Shown: piece after piece, positions 9,579 to 19,454 of the stretch | How positions within the stretch are numbered: the first letter of the stretch is position 1 | Layout: every line of letters starts with the position of its first letter | NCBI GenBank assembly: GCA_022822625.1 | Contig: JAJEAV010000026.1 | Location: forward strand, 17,138 to 81,137 | From: Gammaproteobacteria bacterium | Lineage (GTDB): Bacteria > Pseudomonadota > Gammaproteobacteria > Arenicellales > Poriferihabitantaceae | Length of the DNA: 64,000 nt | Direction: 5' to 3' | The notes under the pieces: generated by a model | Database searches by the model: none | Told to the model about the DNA's origin: nothing | What the model saw: only the letters and a program-made list of their open reading frames with translations | Made by a program: the position numbers and the translations under genes

Positions 9579-10370
9579 ATGGATTTATCCCAGATATTTC
9601 TAATCGCACTAGGTGTAACCGGTGGGATTATCGTATTACACAAGATATACAGGATCTGGACGAAAATTCGAGGAAGAGACCGTTACATGGATGCTCCAAG
9701 ACTGCCTCGTATCGTTGACTACTCGAGATCTTTTTTCCCAATCATCCTGATTGTATTCTTGCTGCGATCATTTGTGATGGAACCGTTCAGAATTCCATCC
9801 GGGTCCATGTTGCCCAATCTACATGTTGGTGATTTTATTCTTGTCAATAAATATACTTACGGCTTGCGAGTGCCAGTGACCCATAAAAAGTTCAAGAGTT
9901 TGGGCAGCCCGGATCGTGGTGATGTCATGGTATTTCGATATCCGGTGGATCCCAATCTTAACTTTATCAAGCGTGTTGTCGCATTACCTGGAGACGAGTT
10001 GTCTTACGTCAACAAACGATTGTCCATTAATGGTGTAGAGGTTACGACCAGCTCAGAAGACAGGTTTTATCCAGATAAAAATACCAGTCATGATTATCCT
10101 CTTGATCAGTTTCTTGAAACGATTGATACCGAGAAGCACCTGATTGTGATCGATGCCAATCGTGGATCACGGGATTTGGAGCGGGTAATTGTGCCGGAAG
10201 GCCATTATTTCGTTATGGGTGACAACCGTGATCATAGCAATGATAGCCGATATTGGAGATTTGTGCCTGAGGATCATATCGTTGGAAAAGCCTTTATGAT
10301 CTGGTTCAGCTGGAAGGGGTCAGAAAACGGTTGGATAGACTGGAGTCGTATTGGAAACCCTATTGATTAG
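9579..10370 (+). CDS. lepB: Signal peptidase I
   Basis: EPFRIPSGSM (catalytic Ser), FIKRVVALPGD and GDNRDHSNDSRYW; directly follows lepA. Confidence 0.96.
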   Translation: MDLSQIFLIALGVTGGIIVLHKIYRIWTKIRGRDRYMDAPRLPRIVDYSRSFFPIILIVFLLRSFVMEPFRIPSGSMLPNLHVGDFILVNKYTYGLRVPVTHKKFKSLGSPDRGDVMVFRYPVDPNLNFIKRVVALPGDELSYVNKRLSINGVEVTTSSEDRFYPDKNTSHDYPLDQFLETIDTEKHLIVIDANRGSRDLERVIVPEGHYFVMGDNRDHSNDSRYWRFVPEDHIVGKAFMIWFSWKGSENGWIDWSRIGNPID

Positions 10371-10399
10371 CGAATTGCTGGATGCAGATAGGCAGATGG

Positions 10400-12535
10400 T
10401 CAGGTTGTCAGTTTTCGGTAAATATCTGCAACCCTGAGTGGGAGTTTTCTTATCTCATCAATCACCACATAGTTGGCCGGTCCATACAGGTGGGGCAGAT
10501 AATCAACGGCATCCCTGTCAATCGTGATGCAAAAGGGATGAATACCGCTATGCCGTATTTCAAACAGTGCCTGTCGAGTGTCCTCAATTCCGTACTCTCC
10601 TTGGTATCCGTCGTAATCGTCAGGCTTGCCGTCGGAAAGGGTTATCAGCACACGTGTTCTGGCTTCAACCGTATTCAAGATGCTGCCGAGATGGCGAATC
10701 ACAACCCCCATTCGCGTATAGTCTTGTGGCCTTAACCCGCTTATCCGGGCTTCAATCTCCTTGTTGTACCTCTCGTCAAATGTCTTGATCCTGTAGACCT
10801 CACAGCGGTTGCGGGTCATTCCGGAGAATCCGAATATTGCATATTGATCTCCCAGAATCTCCAGGGCCTGGCACAGCAGCAGCAGACTCTCACGTTCGGC
10901 TTCATTGATCCAGCCCTTGGTAGAGCCACTCATATCAACCATGAACGCGACCGCTAGATTGCGTTCCTGTTTTCTCATTAGAGAATACAGACGGTCGGAC
11001 ATTTCCACTCCGGTTAACATGTCTGATCTTGCGGTTATCACTGCATCCAGGTCGATTTCGTCACCAAAAGATTGAGCCTTTAGGAACTTGTTTTCGCCTC
11101 TTAGGGCTTCAAAGTGTCTTTTGATATCGCTCACGAGGTGACGATACTTTTCCATGGTAGTAGCAGCAAAGTCGTCATAGACCGCACTGACCTCTTGTTC
11201 AGTCAGAATACACCAGTTTTTTCGATAGCATTGTCTTCGAAAATCCCACTCATCATAGTAAAAGACATTTCCCTGATCCGGGGCTGTTGATGTACCCAAT
11301 GACATGCTTTCACCGGATTTGGGATGATCGACATGCTGGTCACTGCCCTTCATGTCGAGCCACTCCGGCGGAATGGAATCGATATCCTGATGGATCGAGG
11401 AGAGCAGTTGTTCGAGATCATCCGGCAGAGGAACCGACTCCCCATCCATGGTAAATTCTGGGTTGCCGAATTCATCCATCACCGCTTGTAGTTCCCGGGT
11501 ATCCGTACCCTCTGAAATTTCATCCGATTGCGATTGATCCAGAAGGGATTCGGCAAGCTCGGACAGACTCTTCTTGAGCATCATGCGATCAATTTCAAGT
11601 CGATTCTCAATCGCATCTCTCGCAGATTCCAGGCTCATTTCACCCTGATAGGGAAAAGGGTCAGGCCAGGGTTGCTGAAGCATATAGAGTTTCGATGTTG
11701 CATCGAGTGAATCAATGACGGTTGCATCCTCCTGCTGCAAGTGCTGAATTATTGCCTGCCAGGTTGCATCATGAATTTCGGGAGTAGGGTAGAGGCCATG
11801 CTGTTCTCTCGCAAGTCCGGGCAGCTCCCGTTCTATGCAGGCGTTCAAACGAAAGGTCTCAAGCAGATTGAAGAGACGGAGGGCACGGCCATTGTCTTCA
11901 TACTCAGACAGTATTTCATGCAGATGGGGAGAATCAGGACCAGGTCTCCTGAAGGTGCCGAACCAGGTTTGTGCCCAAAGATGTACAGTCAGAGTCTTGT
12001 AGAAGGTGTAATTGAGTTGGTAATCATTGAAGCGGTTGACTTTGGCTGGCAGATACAGGTTTCGGGTATCGGTGAAGATTTTGGAGCTGGCCTGGATAGC
12101 CATTTCTCGCCCGGACAAGCCCCGCACGAAGATATCCAGAATATGCTTTACTTCCTCAAGCTTGACCGTGATGTTGTTAAGTCGATATTCCCTGGCAAAC
12201 CCTTCAATCTGGCCAAGTACGGAACTACCGGGGTACAACCCTTCACGATCATAAACATCCATGGCTTCCAATAGCCATTGTCGAGTACCTTCGGTGCCCA
12301 TCAGCTTGATTGCCAAAGGTGCTTTACTGATAAACTGAAAGGCCATTTCGGCATTCGACTTGCTTATGGCATTGGTCCAGTCAAGACAGAATATCTGATC
12401 AGGATGATCGAGCAGAAGCAATCCTCTTGTTGGTTCTTCAGAGGTTCTTCGAGTAGAGAGAACCGGTTCGAGATAAGTATCGAGCAACGAGCCGATTTGG
12501 GTTGCAGTCAGTGGGAGTGGGGTCTTGCTATCCAA
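10400..12535 (-). CDS. NorD/CbbO-like VWA-domain protein (adaptor type for MoxR AAA+ ATPases)
   Basis: YYDEWDFRRQCY, GDEIDLDA, MIDAS motif VDMSGST, PQDYTRMG, LSDGKPDDYD and PFCITID; 711 aa. Confidence 0.85.
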   Translation of the reverse strand: MDSKTPLPLTATQIGSLLDTYLEPVLSTRRTSEEPTRGLLLLDHPDQIFCLDWTNAISKSNAEMAFQFISKAPLAIKLMGTEGTRQWLLEAMDVYDREGLYPGSSVLGQIEGFAREYRLNNITVKLEEVKHILDIFVRGLSGREMAIQASSKIFTDTRNLYLPAKVNRFNDYQLNYTFYKTLTVHLWAQTWFGTFRRPGPDSPHLHEILSEYEDNGRALRLFNLLETFRLNACIERELPGLAREQHGLYPTPEIHDATWQAIIQHLQQEDATVIDSLDATSKLYMLQQPWPDPFPYQGEMSLESARDAIENRLEIDRMMLKKSLSELAESLLDQSQSDEISEGTDTRELQAVMDEFGNPEFTMDGESVPLPDDLEQLLSSIHQDIDSIPPEWLDMKGSDQHVDHPKSGESMSLGTSTAPDQGNVFYYDEWDFRRQCYRKNWCILTEQEVSAVYDDFAATTMEKYRHLVSDIKRHFEALRGENKFLKAQSFGDEIDLDAVITARSDMLTGVEMSDRLYSLMRKQERNLAVAFMVDMSGSTKGWINEAERESLLLLCQALEILGDQYAIFGFSGMTRNRCEVYRIKTFDERYNKEIEARISGLRPQDYTRMGVVIRHLGSILNTVEARTRVLITLSDGKPDDYDGYQGEYGIEDTRQALFEIRHSGIHPFCITIDRDAVDYLPHLYGPANYVVIDEIRKLPLRVADIYRKLTT

Positions 12536-12568
12536 GTAAATAACCAGTCTGTAGACGAGCCATGAAGA

Positions 12569-13663
12569 CTAGACATTGAAGCGAAAATGAATGATATCAC
12601 CGTCTTTCACCACATAATCCCGACCCTGTTGATGCAGGCGCCCCGCTGCCTTTGCGCCTTGTTCACCCTTGAATGAGATGTAGTCTTCATAGGTGATCGT
12701 TTCAGCACAAATAAACCCCCTTTCGAAGTCACCGTGAATCGTACCGGCGGCTTGCGGTGCAGTAGCACCTTGCTTGATTGTCCATGCACGGACTTCCTTG
12801 GGGCCGGCGGTGAAAAAAGTATGAAGCCCCAGCAGGGAATAAGCTGCCCTGATTACTCGGTCAATACCCTTTTCCTTATACCCCAGTTCCTTCAGGAACA
12901 ATGTAGCTTCCGAGGGATTTAACTCGGAGATTTCCTGTTCGATGGCAGCACAGATCGGTACCATCGTTGCGTTCTCGGAATCGGCAATACCCTGGATAGT
13001 CTCAATCCGTTCGTGGTCGCTTTGCATATTGTCAGAAACATTGACGATATACAGAACCGGCTTGCCGGTTATAAGGCAAAGCGAAGTAATGCGTTTCTGT
13101 TCTGACTCTTCCAGATCCAGCAGTCGTACCGGTTTTTCCTGTTCAAGATGGGATTTGACTCTTACAAGAAGCTTGGCCAATGAGGATTGTTCCTTATCTC
13201 CCGATTTTTTGTGTTTCTCGGCATTGGCGAGAGCCTTTTCAACAGTCTGCAAGTCTGCAAGGATCAGTTCAAGGTTGATGATCCTGATGTCGGAAATGGG
13301 ATCAATCCGATTCGATACATGCATTACATTGCCGTCTTCAAACGCGCGCACCACATGGGCAATTGCATCAACTTCGCGGATATGGGCTAAAAACCGGTTG
13401 CCAAGTCCTTCACCTGTCGATGCGCCTTCAACAAGACCGGCTATATCAACAAACTCGACTGTGGCAGGTATTAGTTTTTGCGGTTGTACGATATCGGAGA
13501 TTGCCGTAATTCGCGGGTCTGACACCTCAACCATGCCAATATTGGGATCAATGGTGCAAAACGCATAATTTTCAGCCGGAGCCTGGCTGCCTTGCATCAG
13601 GGCATTGAACAGAGTTGATTTACCGACATTCGGCAATCCGACAATTCCGCACTTGAGTCCCAT
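12569..13663 (-). CDS. ychF: Ribosome-binding ATPase YchF
   Basis: CGIVGLPNVGKSTLFNAL, DIAGLV, FFTAGPKEVRAW and C-terminal HFRFNV. Confidence 0.97.
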   Translation of the reverse strand: MGLKCGIVGLPNVGKSTLFNALMQGSQAPAENYAFCTIDPNIGMVEVSDPRITAISDIVQPQKLIPATVEFVDIAGLVEGASTGEGLGNRFLAHIREVDAIAHVVRAFEDGNVMHVSNRIDPISDIRIINLELILADLQTVEKALANAEKHKKSGDKEQSSLAKLLVRVKSHLEQEKPVRLLDLEESEQKRITSLCLITGKPVLYIVNVSDNMQSDHERIETIQGIADSENATMVPICAAIEQEISELNPSEATLFLKELGYKEKGIDRVIRAAYSLLGLHTFFTAGPKEVRAWTIKQGATAPQAAGTIHGDFERGFICAETITYEDYISFKGEQGAKAAGRLHQQGRDYVVKDGDIIHFRFNV

Positions 13664-13665
13664 GG

Positions 13666-14283
13666 CTAACTGGACTCCAGGTGACCCTGGTCTCTGGTAT
13701 GGAGGTGATGCATTGCGCGTTCCAGTTCTCCAGATATCACAAGATTCATGACCTGCATGGATTGATCCATAGACCGGTTAATGAGTGCAAGATTACGTAC
13801 TCCAGGATTGGATAAAACATGATTGGTAACCAACGAGGCAGACTGGGGATGTCCGACTCCAATACGCAACCTGAGGAAGTCAGCTGCATCAAGAGATTTT
13901 CCCAAGTCTCGAAGTCCATTGTGCCCGCCATGTCCACCTCCAAATTTGAGCCGGCAAATTCCGGGGGCAAGGTCAATTTCGTCATGAACAACCAGAATCT
14001 GGTTTGGCTCAATCCTGAAATAGGAAGCACAGGGTGCAACAGACCGGCCGCTGTTATTCATGAAAGTGGTCGGGGCTAGAACACGAATAACCCTCTGCTC
14101 AAAGAGGAATTCACTGAAAAGACCCTGAAATCGTGTCTCCGGTTTCAGGTCGAAATGGTATTCACTTCCTAGTCGATCAAGAAACCACCAGCCTACGTTA
14201 TGTCGCGTATCAGCGTATTTTTTACCCGGGTTTCCAAGTCCGACAATCAGTGAAATTTCACGAAACCCGCTCACTCGAACCAA
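13666..14283 (-). CDS. pth: Peptidyl-tRNA hydrolase
   Basis: LIVGLGNPG, TRHNVG, PTTFMN, HDEID, GGHNGL and RLRIGVGHP. Confidence 0.96.
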   Translation of the reverse strand: MVRVSGFREISLIVGLGNPGKKYADTRHNVGWWFLDRLGSEYHFDLKPETRFQGLFSEFLFEQRVIRVLAPTTFMNNSGRSVAPCASYFRIEPNQILVVHDEIDLAPGICRLKFGGGHGGHNGLRDLGKSLDAADFLRLRIGVGHPQSASLVTNHVLSNPGVRNLALINRSMDQSMQVMNLVISGELERAMHHLHTRDQGHLESS

Positions 14284-14331
14284 TTCCAGGATTCCTGTCG
14301 AAAACAGGGACGAAGATCGATGTTTCCATGT

Positions 14332-15015
14332 CTATTCGTCTGGGCTTTCCTTGTCAGTGTCTGGTTTTCCTTCCTGTTCGTCTTCTGCTGCAACTGTCAC
14401 CTCCTGTTCTTCTTCAACAACGGTTTCGACTCGACGTGCGGAAACAGACACAATCGCCAAATCATGCATTCCCGACTCATCGTACATCAGGGCGGTTAAC
14501 TGAACACCCTCAGGAAGTTGAATATCGGACAGATGTAGTGACTCATTCTTTTGCATGCTGGATACATCGACCTCAATCCGTTCTGGCAGATCTTCGGGTA
14601 GGCAGGTTACCTCTACCGAAGTGATGAGGTGATTAATCATGCCACCGTCAATCTTCACGCCCACGCATTCATCTTCGCCTTCAAAATGGATTGGCATACT
14701 GATAACAATCGGTTTGTTGCGATCAACTCTCTGGAAGTCTGCATGCAGGATATTGGCTTTGTGAGGATGCCTTTGGACGTCTTTCAAAATAGCCTGTTCC
14801 TTGTTGCCATCGGTATTGATGACGATCACTGCTGAATAGAAGTTTTCTTCTTCCAGAGAATGAAACAGTACATCATGATTAATGGCGATACTGATGTTGG
14901 GTTTCCCACCACCATAAAGTACGGCAGGTACATCGCCTTCGCGCCTCAAGCGTCGAACCAGACCGGTGCCGGAGCGAGCTCGAACCCGAGCGGTTAATTC
15001 AAATTGTTCAGACAT
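14332..15015 (-). CDS. rplY: 50S ribosomal protein L25/Ctc (start reassigned to ATG at 15015, MSEQFEL)
   Basis: RRLRREGDVPAVLYGG, VQRHP, HADFQR and an acidic tail. The longer ORF-track start overlaps prs and is unlikely. Confidence 0.95.
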   Translation of the reverse strand: MSEQFELTARVRARSGTGLVRRLRREGDVPAVLYGGGKPNISIAINHDVLFHSLEEENFYSAVIVINTDGNKEQAILKDVQRHPHKANILHADFQRVDRNKPIVISMPIHFEGEDECVGVKIDGGMINHLITSVEVTCLPEDLPERIEVDVSSMQKNESLHLSDIQLPEGVQLTALMYDESGMHDLAIVSVSARRVETVVEEEQEVTVAAEDEQEGKPDTDKESPDE

Positions 15016-15037
15016 GGTTATTACCTTGGTATATTGA

Positions 15038-15991
15038 TTATTCAATGAAAAGATTGCTGATGGAATCGCCTGTTGCGATTCTACGAATAGACTCTGCGAG
15101 CAATTCGGCAACTGATAACTGGGTGATTTTTGGACAGTTTCGTGCTTCTTCACTAAGCGGAATTGAATTTGTGACCAGCACTTCATCAATTTTCGATTCT
15201 AAAATGCGATGGATAGCAGGGCCGGACAGTACCGGGTGAGTGCAGCTTGCCAGGACCTTGATGGCGCCATGATCATACAATGCCGTAGCAGCCTGACACA
15301 AGGTATTGGCCGTATCTACCATATCATCAATCAGAATGCATGACCGATCCGTGACATCACCGATGATGTGCATGACTTCGGCCTGATTGGCCTGAGGTCT
15401 TCGCTTGTCAATAATCGCAAGGTCCGTATCCAGCAATTTGGCCATGGCCCGGGCCCGCACTACACCGCCCACATCAGGGGAAACAATGACGGGGTTTGGG
15501 AGTTGTTTCCTCCATAACTCACTCATCATTACCGGAGAACCATAAATGTTATCGGTTGGAATATCAAAAAATCCCTGAATCTGGTCTGCATGCAGATCCA
15601 TGACCAGAACCCGGTCGGATCCGGATATGGTAATCATTTCGGCAACCAGCTTGGCCGATATGGCAACCCGGGAATTGCGCGGACGCCGATCCTGTCTAGA
15701 GTATCCGAAGTAGGGAATGACGGCCGTGATTCTCGCTGCTGACGAGCGTTTCAGTGCATCAATCATGATCAACAGCTCCATGAGATTATGATTGCTCGGA
15801 GCACAGGTTGGCTGAATGATGAAGCAGTCTTGACCACGAACATTCTGCAGGATTTCAACATTTATCTCGCCATCGCTGAATGTTTCCACCGTAGCCTTGC
15901 CGAGTGAAACCCCCAGTACCTGGGCAACTTCAACTGCCAATGGCAAATTGGCGTTGCCAGTAAAAATTGTCAGGTTCTCGGGAGACAGCAT
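15038..15991 (-). CDS. prs: Ribose-phosphate pyrophosphokinase
   Basis: [38 protein letters not shown] and [10 protein letters not shown]. Confidence 0.97.
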   Translation of the reverse strand: MLSPENLTIFTGNANLPLAVEVAQVLGVSLGKATVETFSDGEINVEILQNVRGQDCFIIQPTCAPSNHNLMELLIMIDALKRSSAARITAVIPYFGYSRQDRRPRNSRVAISAKLVAEMITISGSDRVLVMDLHADQIQGFFDIPTDNIYGSPVMMSELWRKQLPNPVIVSPDVGGVVRARAMAKLLDTDLAIIDKRRPQANQAEVMHIIGDVTDRSCILIDDMVDTANTLCQAATALYDHGAIKVLASCTHPVLSGPAIHRILESKIDEVLVTNSIPLSEEARNCPKITQLSVAELLAESIRRIATGDSISNLFIE

Positions 15992-16015
15992 GATAAGGTC
16001 GATTGACGGTCATTA

Positions 16016-16092
16016 TGGCTGGGGTGGGAGGATTCGAACCTCCGAATGCCGGGATCAAAACCCGGTGCCTTAGTCCACTTGGCTACACCCCA
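16016..16092 (-). tRNA. tRNA-Gln(TTG)
   Basis: Minus strand reads TGGGGTGTAGCCAAGTGGACTAAGGCACCGGGTTTTGATCCCGGCATTCGGAGGTTCGAATCCTCCCACCCCAGCCA: cloverleaf, TTG anticodon, GTTCGAATC T-loop and encoded CCA; usual position upstream of prs. Confidence 0.97.
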
Positions 16093-16682
16093 AACTGGTT
16101 TTGAAATGATGTTTTCAAGTCATTAATTGCCAAAATTCAAATTCTGATTTTTGTGTTTTCATCTAGAGTCATCCCAGAATTGACTGCTCGATACTCACGG
16201 AAAACATCGGGTGCAGCAATCGCAAACATGGTTCCCGGCACGATAGGCCGCAGTCATGTCCATCAGGAACGGCCTACAACATCGGCCGCACTGGAATATG
16301 CATCGACTACAGGTGATTTCGGCGTTAGGGTAATCAGGATAAGCCTGAGTTTGAGTAACTTGCCAAATGCCCGGCTGTTTTTTCGGAGGTTGAATTGTAA
16401 TTTCAGGATACCTTGCTGTCAATTGAAAATACACTGCAAGCCGATTCCGGCACGACATGGAGTCGATGGGATTGATGTGGCTTAACCGAGTCAAGGTTCC
16501 GGTTCAGGGCAACCTGGACAATATTGGAATTGTTGGTTTTCAGTCAAATTGTTCAGAAATTGACAATTTAACCAAATTAATGAAAATTAAATTCACAAAA
16601 AACGAAAATATTTGTATATTATCGAAACATGTGCTTGATTATTGCAAGTTTTCATTTTGACCTATAGGAGGTTTACATTACA

Positions 16683-18425
16683 ATGATGAAGAAAATCTTG
16701 CTGACCTTTGTGGTTACCCTGCTCATTTTGACAGGCGCTTTACGCATCGCGTCAGCCGACATGGCAAGAGCCATGAGCTGGATCAGTTCCGAGTTTCAGC
16801 CATCTACGCTCACGGCAGATGAGCAAAGAGCAGAAATGGAATGGTTTATCAAGGCGGCCGAGCCCTTTAAGGGCATGGAGATCAATGTCCTGTCGGAAAC
16901 CATTCCAACTCACGAATACGAGTCAAAGGTTCTGACCAAGGCATTCGAGGAAATTACCGGAATCAAGGTCAACCATCAGTTGCTTGGTGAGGGTGAAGTG
17001 GTTCAGGCTGTGCAGACACAGATGCAGACTAATCGAAATCTCTATGATGCCTACATCAACGACTCGGACCTGATTGGGACACATTCACGTTTGCAGCTTG
17101 CTGTAAACCTGACCGACTGGATGGCTGGAGAAGGAGCCGATGTAACTTCGCCGACACTGGATGTCGATGACTTCATGGGCAAAAGCTTTACCACGGGTCC
17201 GGACGGCAAGCTCTACCAGTTACCCGATCAGCAGTTCGCAAATCTGTACTGGTTCCGTTACGACTGGTTCAATCGTCCCGAACTGCAGGCCCGCTTCAAG
17301 GAACTGTATGGCTATGATCTGGGTGTGCCGGTTAACTGGTCAGCCTATGAAGACATTGCCGAGTTCTTCTCGGTACATGTCCAGGAAATAGACGGAGTTC
17401 GAGTTTATGGTCACATGGACTACGGAAAACGTGCACCTGACCTTGGCTGGCGCATGACTGATGCATGGTTGTCCATGGCTGGTGCCGGAAGCAAGGGGTT
17501 GCCGAATGGTGTACCCGTGGACGAATGGGGAATTCGCATGGAAGATGGAACCTGCAATCCGGTTGGTGCATCAGTATCGCGTGGTGGTGCAGCGAATGCT
17601 CCGGCCGCAGTTTATGCAATTCGCAAGTGGGATGAGTGGCTCCGTAAATATGCACCTCCCGGTGCTGCAAGCTATGACTTCTATCAGTCCTTGCCGGCAC
17701 TGTCTCAGGGCAATGTTGCCCAGCAGATTTTCTGGTACACCGCTTTCACGGCATCCATGGTTGCACCGAAGAGTGAAGGCAACAATACCGTGGATGACGA
17801 AGGCAATCCGCTTTGGCGAATGGCACCATCGCCACATGGCCCTTACTGGGAAAAAGGCCAGAAACTCGGCTATCAGGATGCGGGGTCCTGGACTCTGTTC
17901 AAGTCAACACCGGTTGAGCGTCGCAAGGCGGCCTGGCTGTATGCCCAGTTTACCGTTTCCAAAGCCGTTTCACTGAAAAAGACGCATGTTGGTTTGACCC
18001 CGATTCGTGATAGCGATATTCGTCACAAGTCATTTACGGAACGTGCACCGAAACTCGGAGGATTGGTTGAGTTCTACCGTTCGCCCGATCGGGTAAGATG
18101 GTCGCCTACCGGCATTAACGTGCCCGATTACCCAAAACTGGCGCAAATCTGGTGGCAACAGATCGGTGATGTGAACTCTGGTGCATTTACACCTCAGGAA
18201 GCCATGGATCGACTAGCTTCTGAAATGGACCAGGTCATGGCAAGAATGCAGGTGGCGGATGAGCGTAACCAGACTTACGGTGGCTGTGGGCCCAGACTCA
18301 ACGAGGAGAAGGACCCAGAGTGGTGGCTCAGTCAACCCGGTTCACCCAAGGCCAAGGTCAATGAAAAGCCACAGGGTAAAACCGTAAATTATGATGAACT
18401 TGTCAAGCGCTGGAGCGAGAATTAA
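16683..18425 (+). CDS. glpV: Glycerol ABC transporter substrate-binding protein (Rhizobium GlpV type)
   Basis: Signal peptide, EFQPSTL, YINDSDLIGTH, LPDQQFANLYWFR and GYQDAGSWT; 580 aa; clustered with glpR, glpD and glpK. Confidence 0.85.
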   Translation: MMKKILLTFVVTLLILTGALRIASADMARAMSWISSEFQPSTLTADEQRAEMEWFIKAAEPFKGMEINVLSETIPTHEYESKVLTKAFEEITGIKVNHQLLGEGEVVQAVQTQMQTNRNLYDAYINDSDLIGTHSRLQLAVNLTDWMAGEGADVTSPTLDVDDFMGKSFTTGPDGKLYQLPDQQFANLYWFRYDWFNRPELQARFKELYGYDLGVPVNWSAYEDIAEFFSVHVQEIDGVRVYGHMDYGKRAPDLGWRMTDAWLSMAGAGSKGLPNGVPVDEWGIRMEDGTCNPVGASVSRGGAANAPAAVYAIRKWDEWLRKYAPPGAASYDFYQSLPALSQGNVAQQIFWYTAFTASMVAPKSEGNNTVDDEGNPLWRMAPSPHGPYWEKGQKLGYQDAGSWTLFKSTPVERRKAAWLYAQFTVSKAVSLKKTHVGLTPIRDSDIRHKSFTERAPKLGGLVEFYRSPDRVRWSPTGINVPDYPKLAQIWWQQIGDVNSGAFTPQEAMDRLASEMDQVMARMQVADERNQTYGGCGPRLNEEKDPEWWLSQPGSPKAKVNEKPQGKTVNYDELVKRWSEN

Positions 18426-18443
18426 TTTTCCCTGAGTTGAGTT

Positions 18444-18491
18444 ATCGTTTGTCTGCTTTGAGTGAATTCTTCATTCAGGCAGGCAAACGAT
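18444..18491 (+). terminator. Long stem-loop downstream of glpV (terminator or mRNA-stabilising hairpin)
   Basis: ATCGTTTGTCTGCTTTGAGTGAA-TTC-TTCATTCAGGCAGGCAAACGAT folds into a ~22-bp stem with three G-U pairs and one bulge, followed by TTTCTT. Confidence 0.6.
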
Positions 18492-18635
18492 TTTCTTGAT
18501 CCTGTTTACTGGGAATACCGGAATGTATGCATCCTGATTCCGAATCGGCATTCCTCGTAGTGCTCCCTTTGTCGTTGCATGCTCGCTGGTTCGATATTGC
18601 AGCATCATTTCAGCCAAGGCCAGAGAAACCAGCCA

Positions 18636-19454
18636 ATGGAACTTGAATCCCGTGAACGTGTAGACCTTAATCTGAGACAGAGGGAGGTTTGGAAAATTGC
18701 GAAAACAGAAGGACTTGTACAGGTTGATCGACTGGCCGAGAGACTCAACGTTTCGGCACAGACCATACGTCGGGATTTGAATCAACTGACCCGGGCCCGT
18801 CTGTTACAGCGAATACACGGAGGGGCCATTACTTGCGACAGTGTTGTCAATCTGGGCTATGGGGCCCGCAAGTTGCTCGCTACTGAAGGCAAGACACGAA
18901 TTGCCAGGAAAGCAGCTGAACTCATTCCAAACGATTGTTCCCTGTTTATCAACATAGGAACCACGACAGAACAGGTGGCGGCCGAACTGGCTCGTCAGCA
19001 CGAGGGATTGCTGGTCGTAACCAATAACCTGAATGTGCTTAATACCGTTGTCCAGAACGATCAGATCGAGGTCTTTATTGTCGGGGGACAGATTCGCCCT
19101 CAGGACGGTGGAATTGTCGACAACACTGCTGCGGATTTTGTGAGCCAGTTTCGAGTAGATTATGCAGTCATCGGAGCCTCTTCGATTGAAGAGGAAGGTA
19201 TCGTTACAGACTTTGACTGGCGGGAAGTTCACGTAGCTCAAACCATGATTCAGCATGCACGAGGGGTGATTCTGGTTGCCGATTCAAACAAGTTCAAGCG
19301 CAAGGCGCCTGTTTTCCTGTGTGAATTGAAGGAAATCAACCATTTCATTACAGACGCCGAAGTGCCCGAAAAACTCATGCAATATGCAAATTCAAATGGA
19401 GTGAGTGTGCATATATGCAGCCAGCATCACGAGATTTCTGGCGTTGTCGGTTGA
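18636..19454 (+). CDS. glpR: DeoR-family glycerol-3-phosphate regulon repressor
   Basis: HTH VSAQTIRRDLNQL, RIHGGA, SLFINIGTTTEQVA, VVTNNLNV and FRVDYAVIG; ATG at 18636 preferred as start. Confidence 0.9.
   Translation: MELESRERVDLNLRQREVWKIAKTEGLVQVDRLAERLNVSAQTIRRDLNQLTRARLLQRIHGGAITCDSVVNLGYGARKLLATEGKTRIARKAAELIPNDCSLFINIGTTTEQVAAELARQHEGLLVVTNNLNVLNTVVQNDQIEVFIVGGQIRPQDGGIVDNTAADFVSQFRVDYAVIGASSIEEEGIVTDFDWREVHVAQTMIQHARGVILVADSNKFKRKAPVFLCELKEINHFITDAEVPEKLMQYANSNGVSVHICSQHHEISGVVG

Noticed and set aside
15016-15189. N-terminal extension of rplY in the ORF track
   Set aside because: Overlaps the 3' end of prs; L25 homology begins at ATG 15015.
16016-16092. tRNA-Gln as an integration site
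   Set aside because: Its 3' side leads directly into prs; no duplicated 3' end or integrase was found.
16153-16660. Short ORFs, including a Cys-rich 99-aa one, between tRNA-Gln and glpV
   Set aside because: No family motif or clear RBS and mutually overlapping; treated as non-coding.
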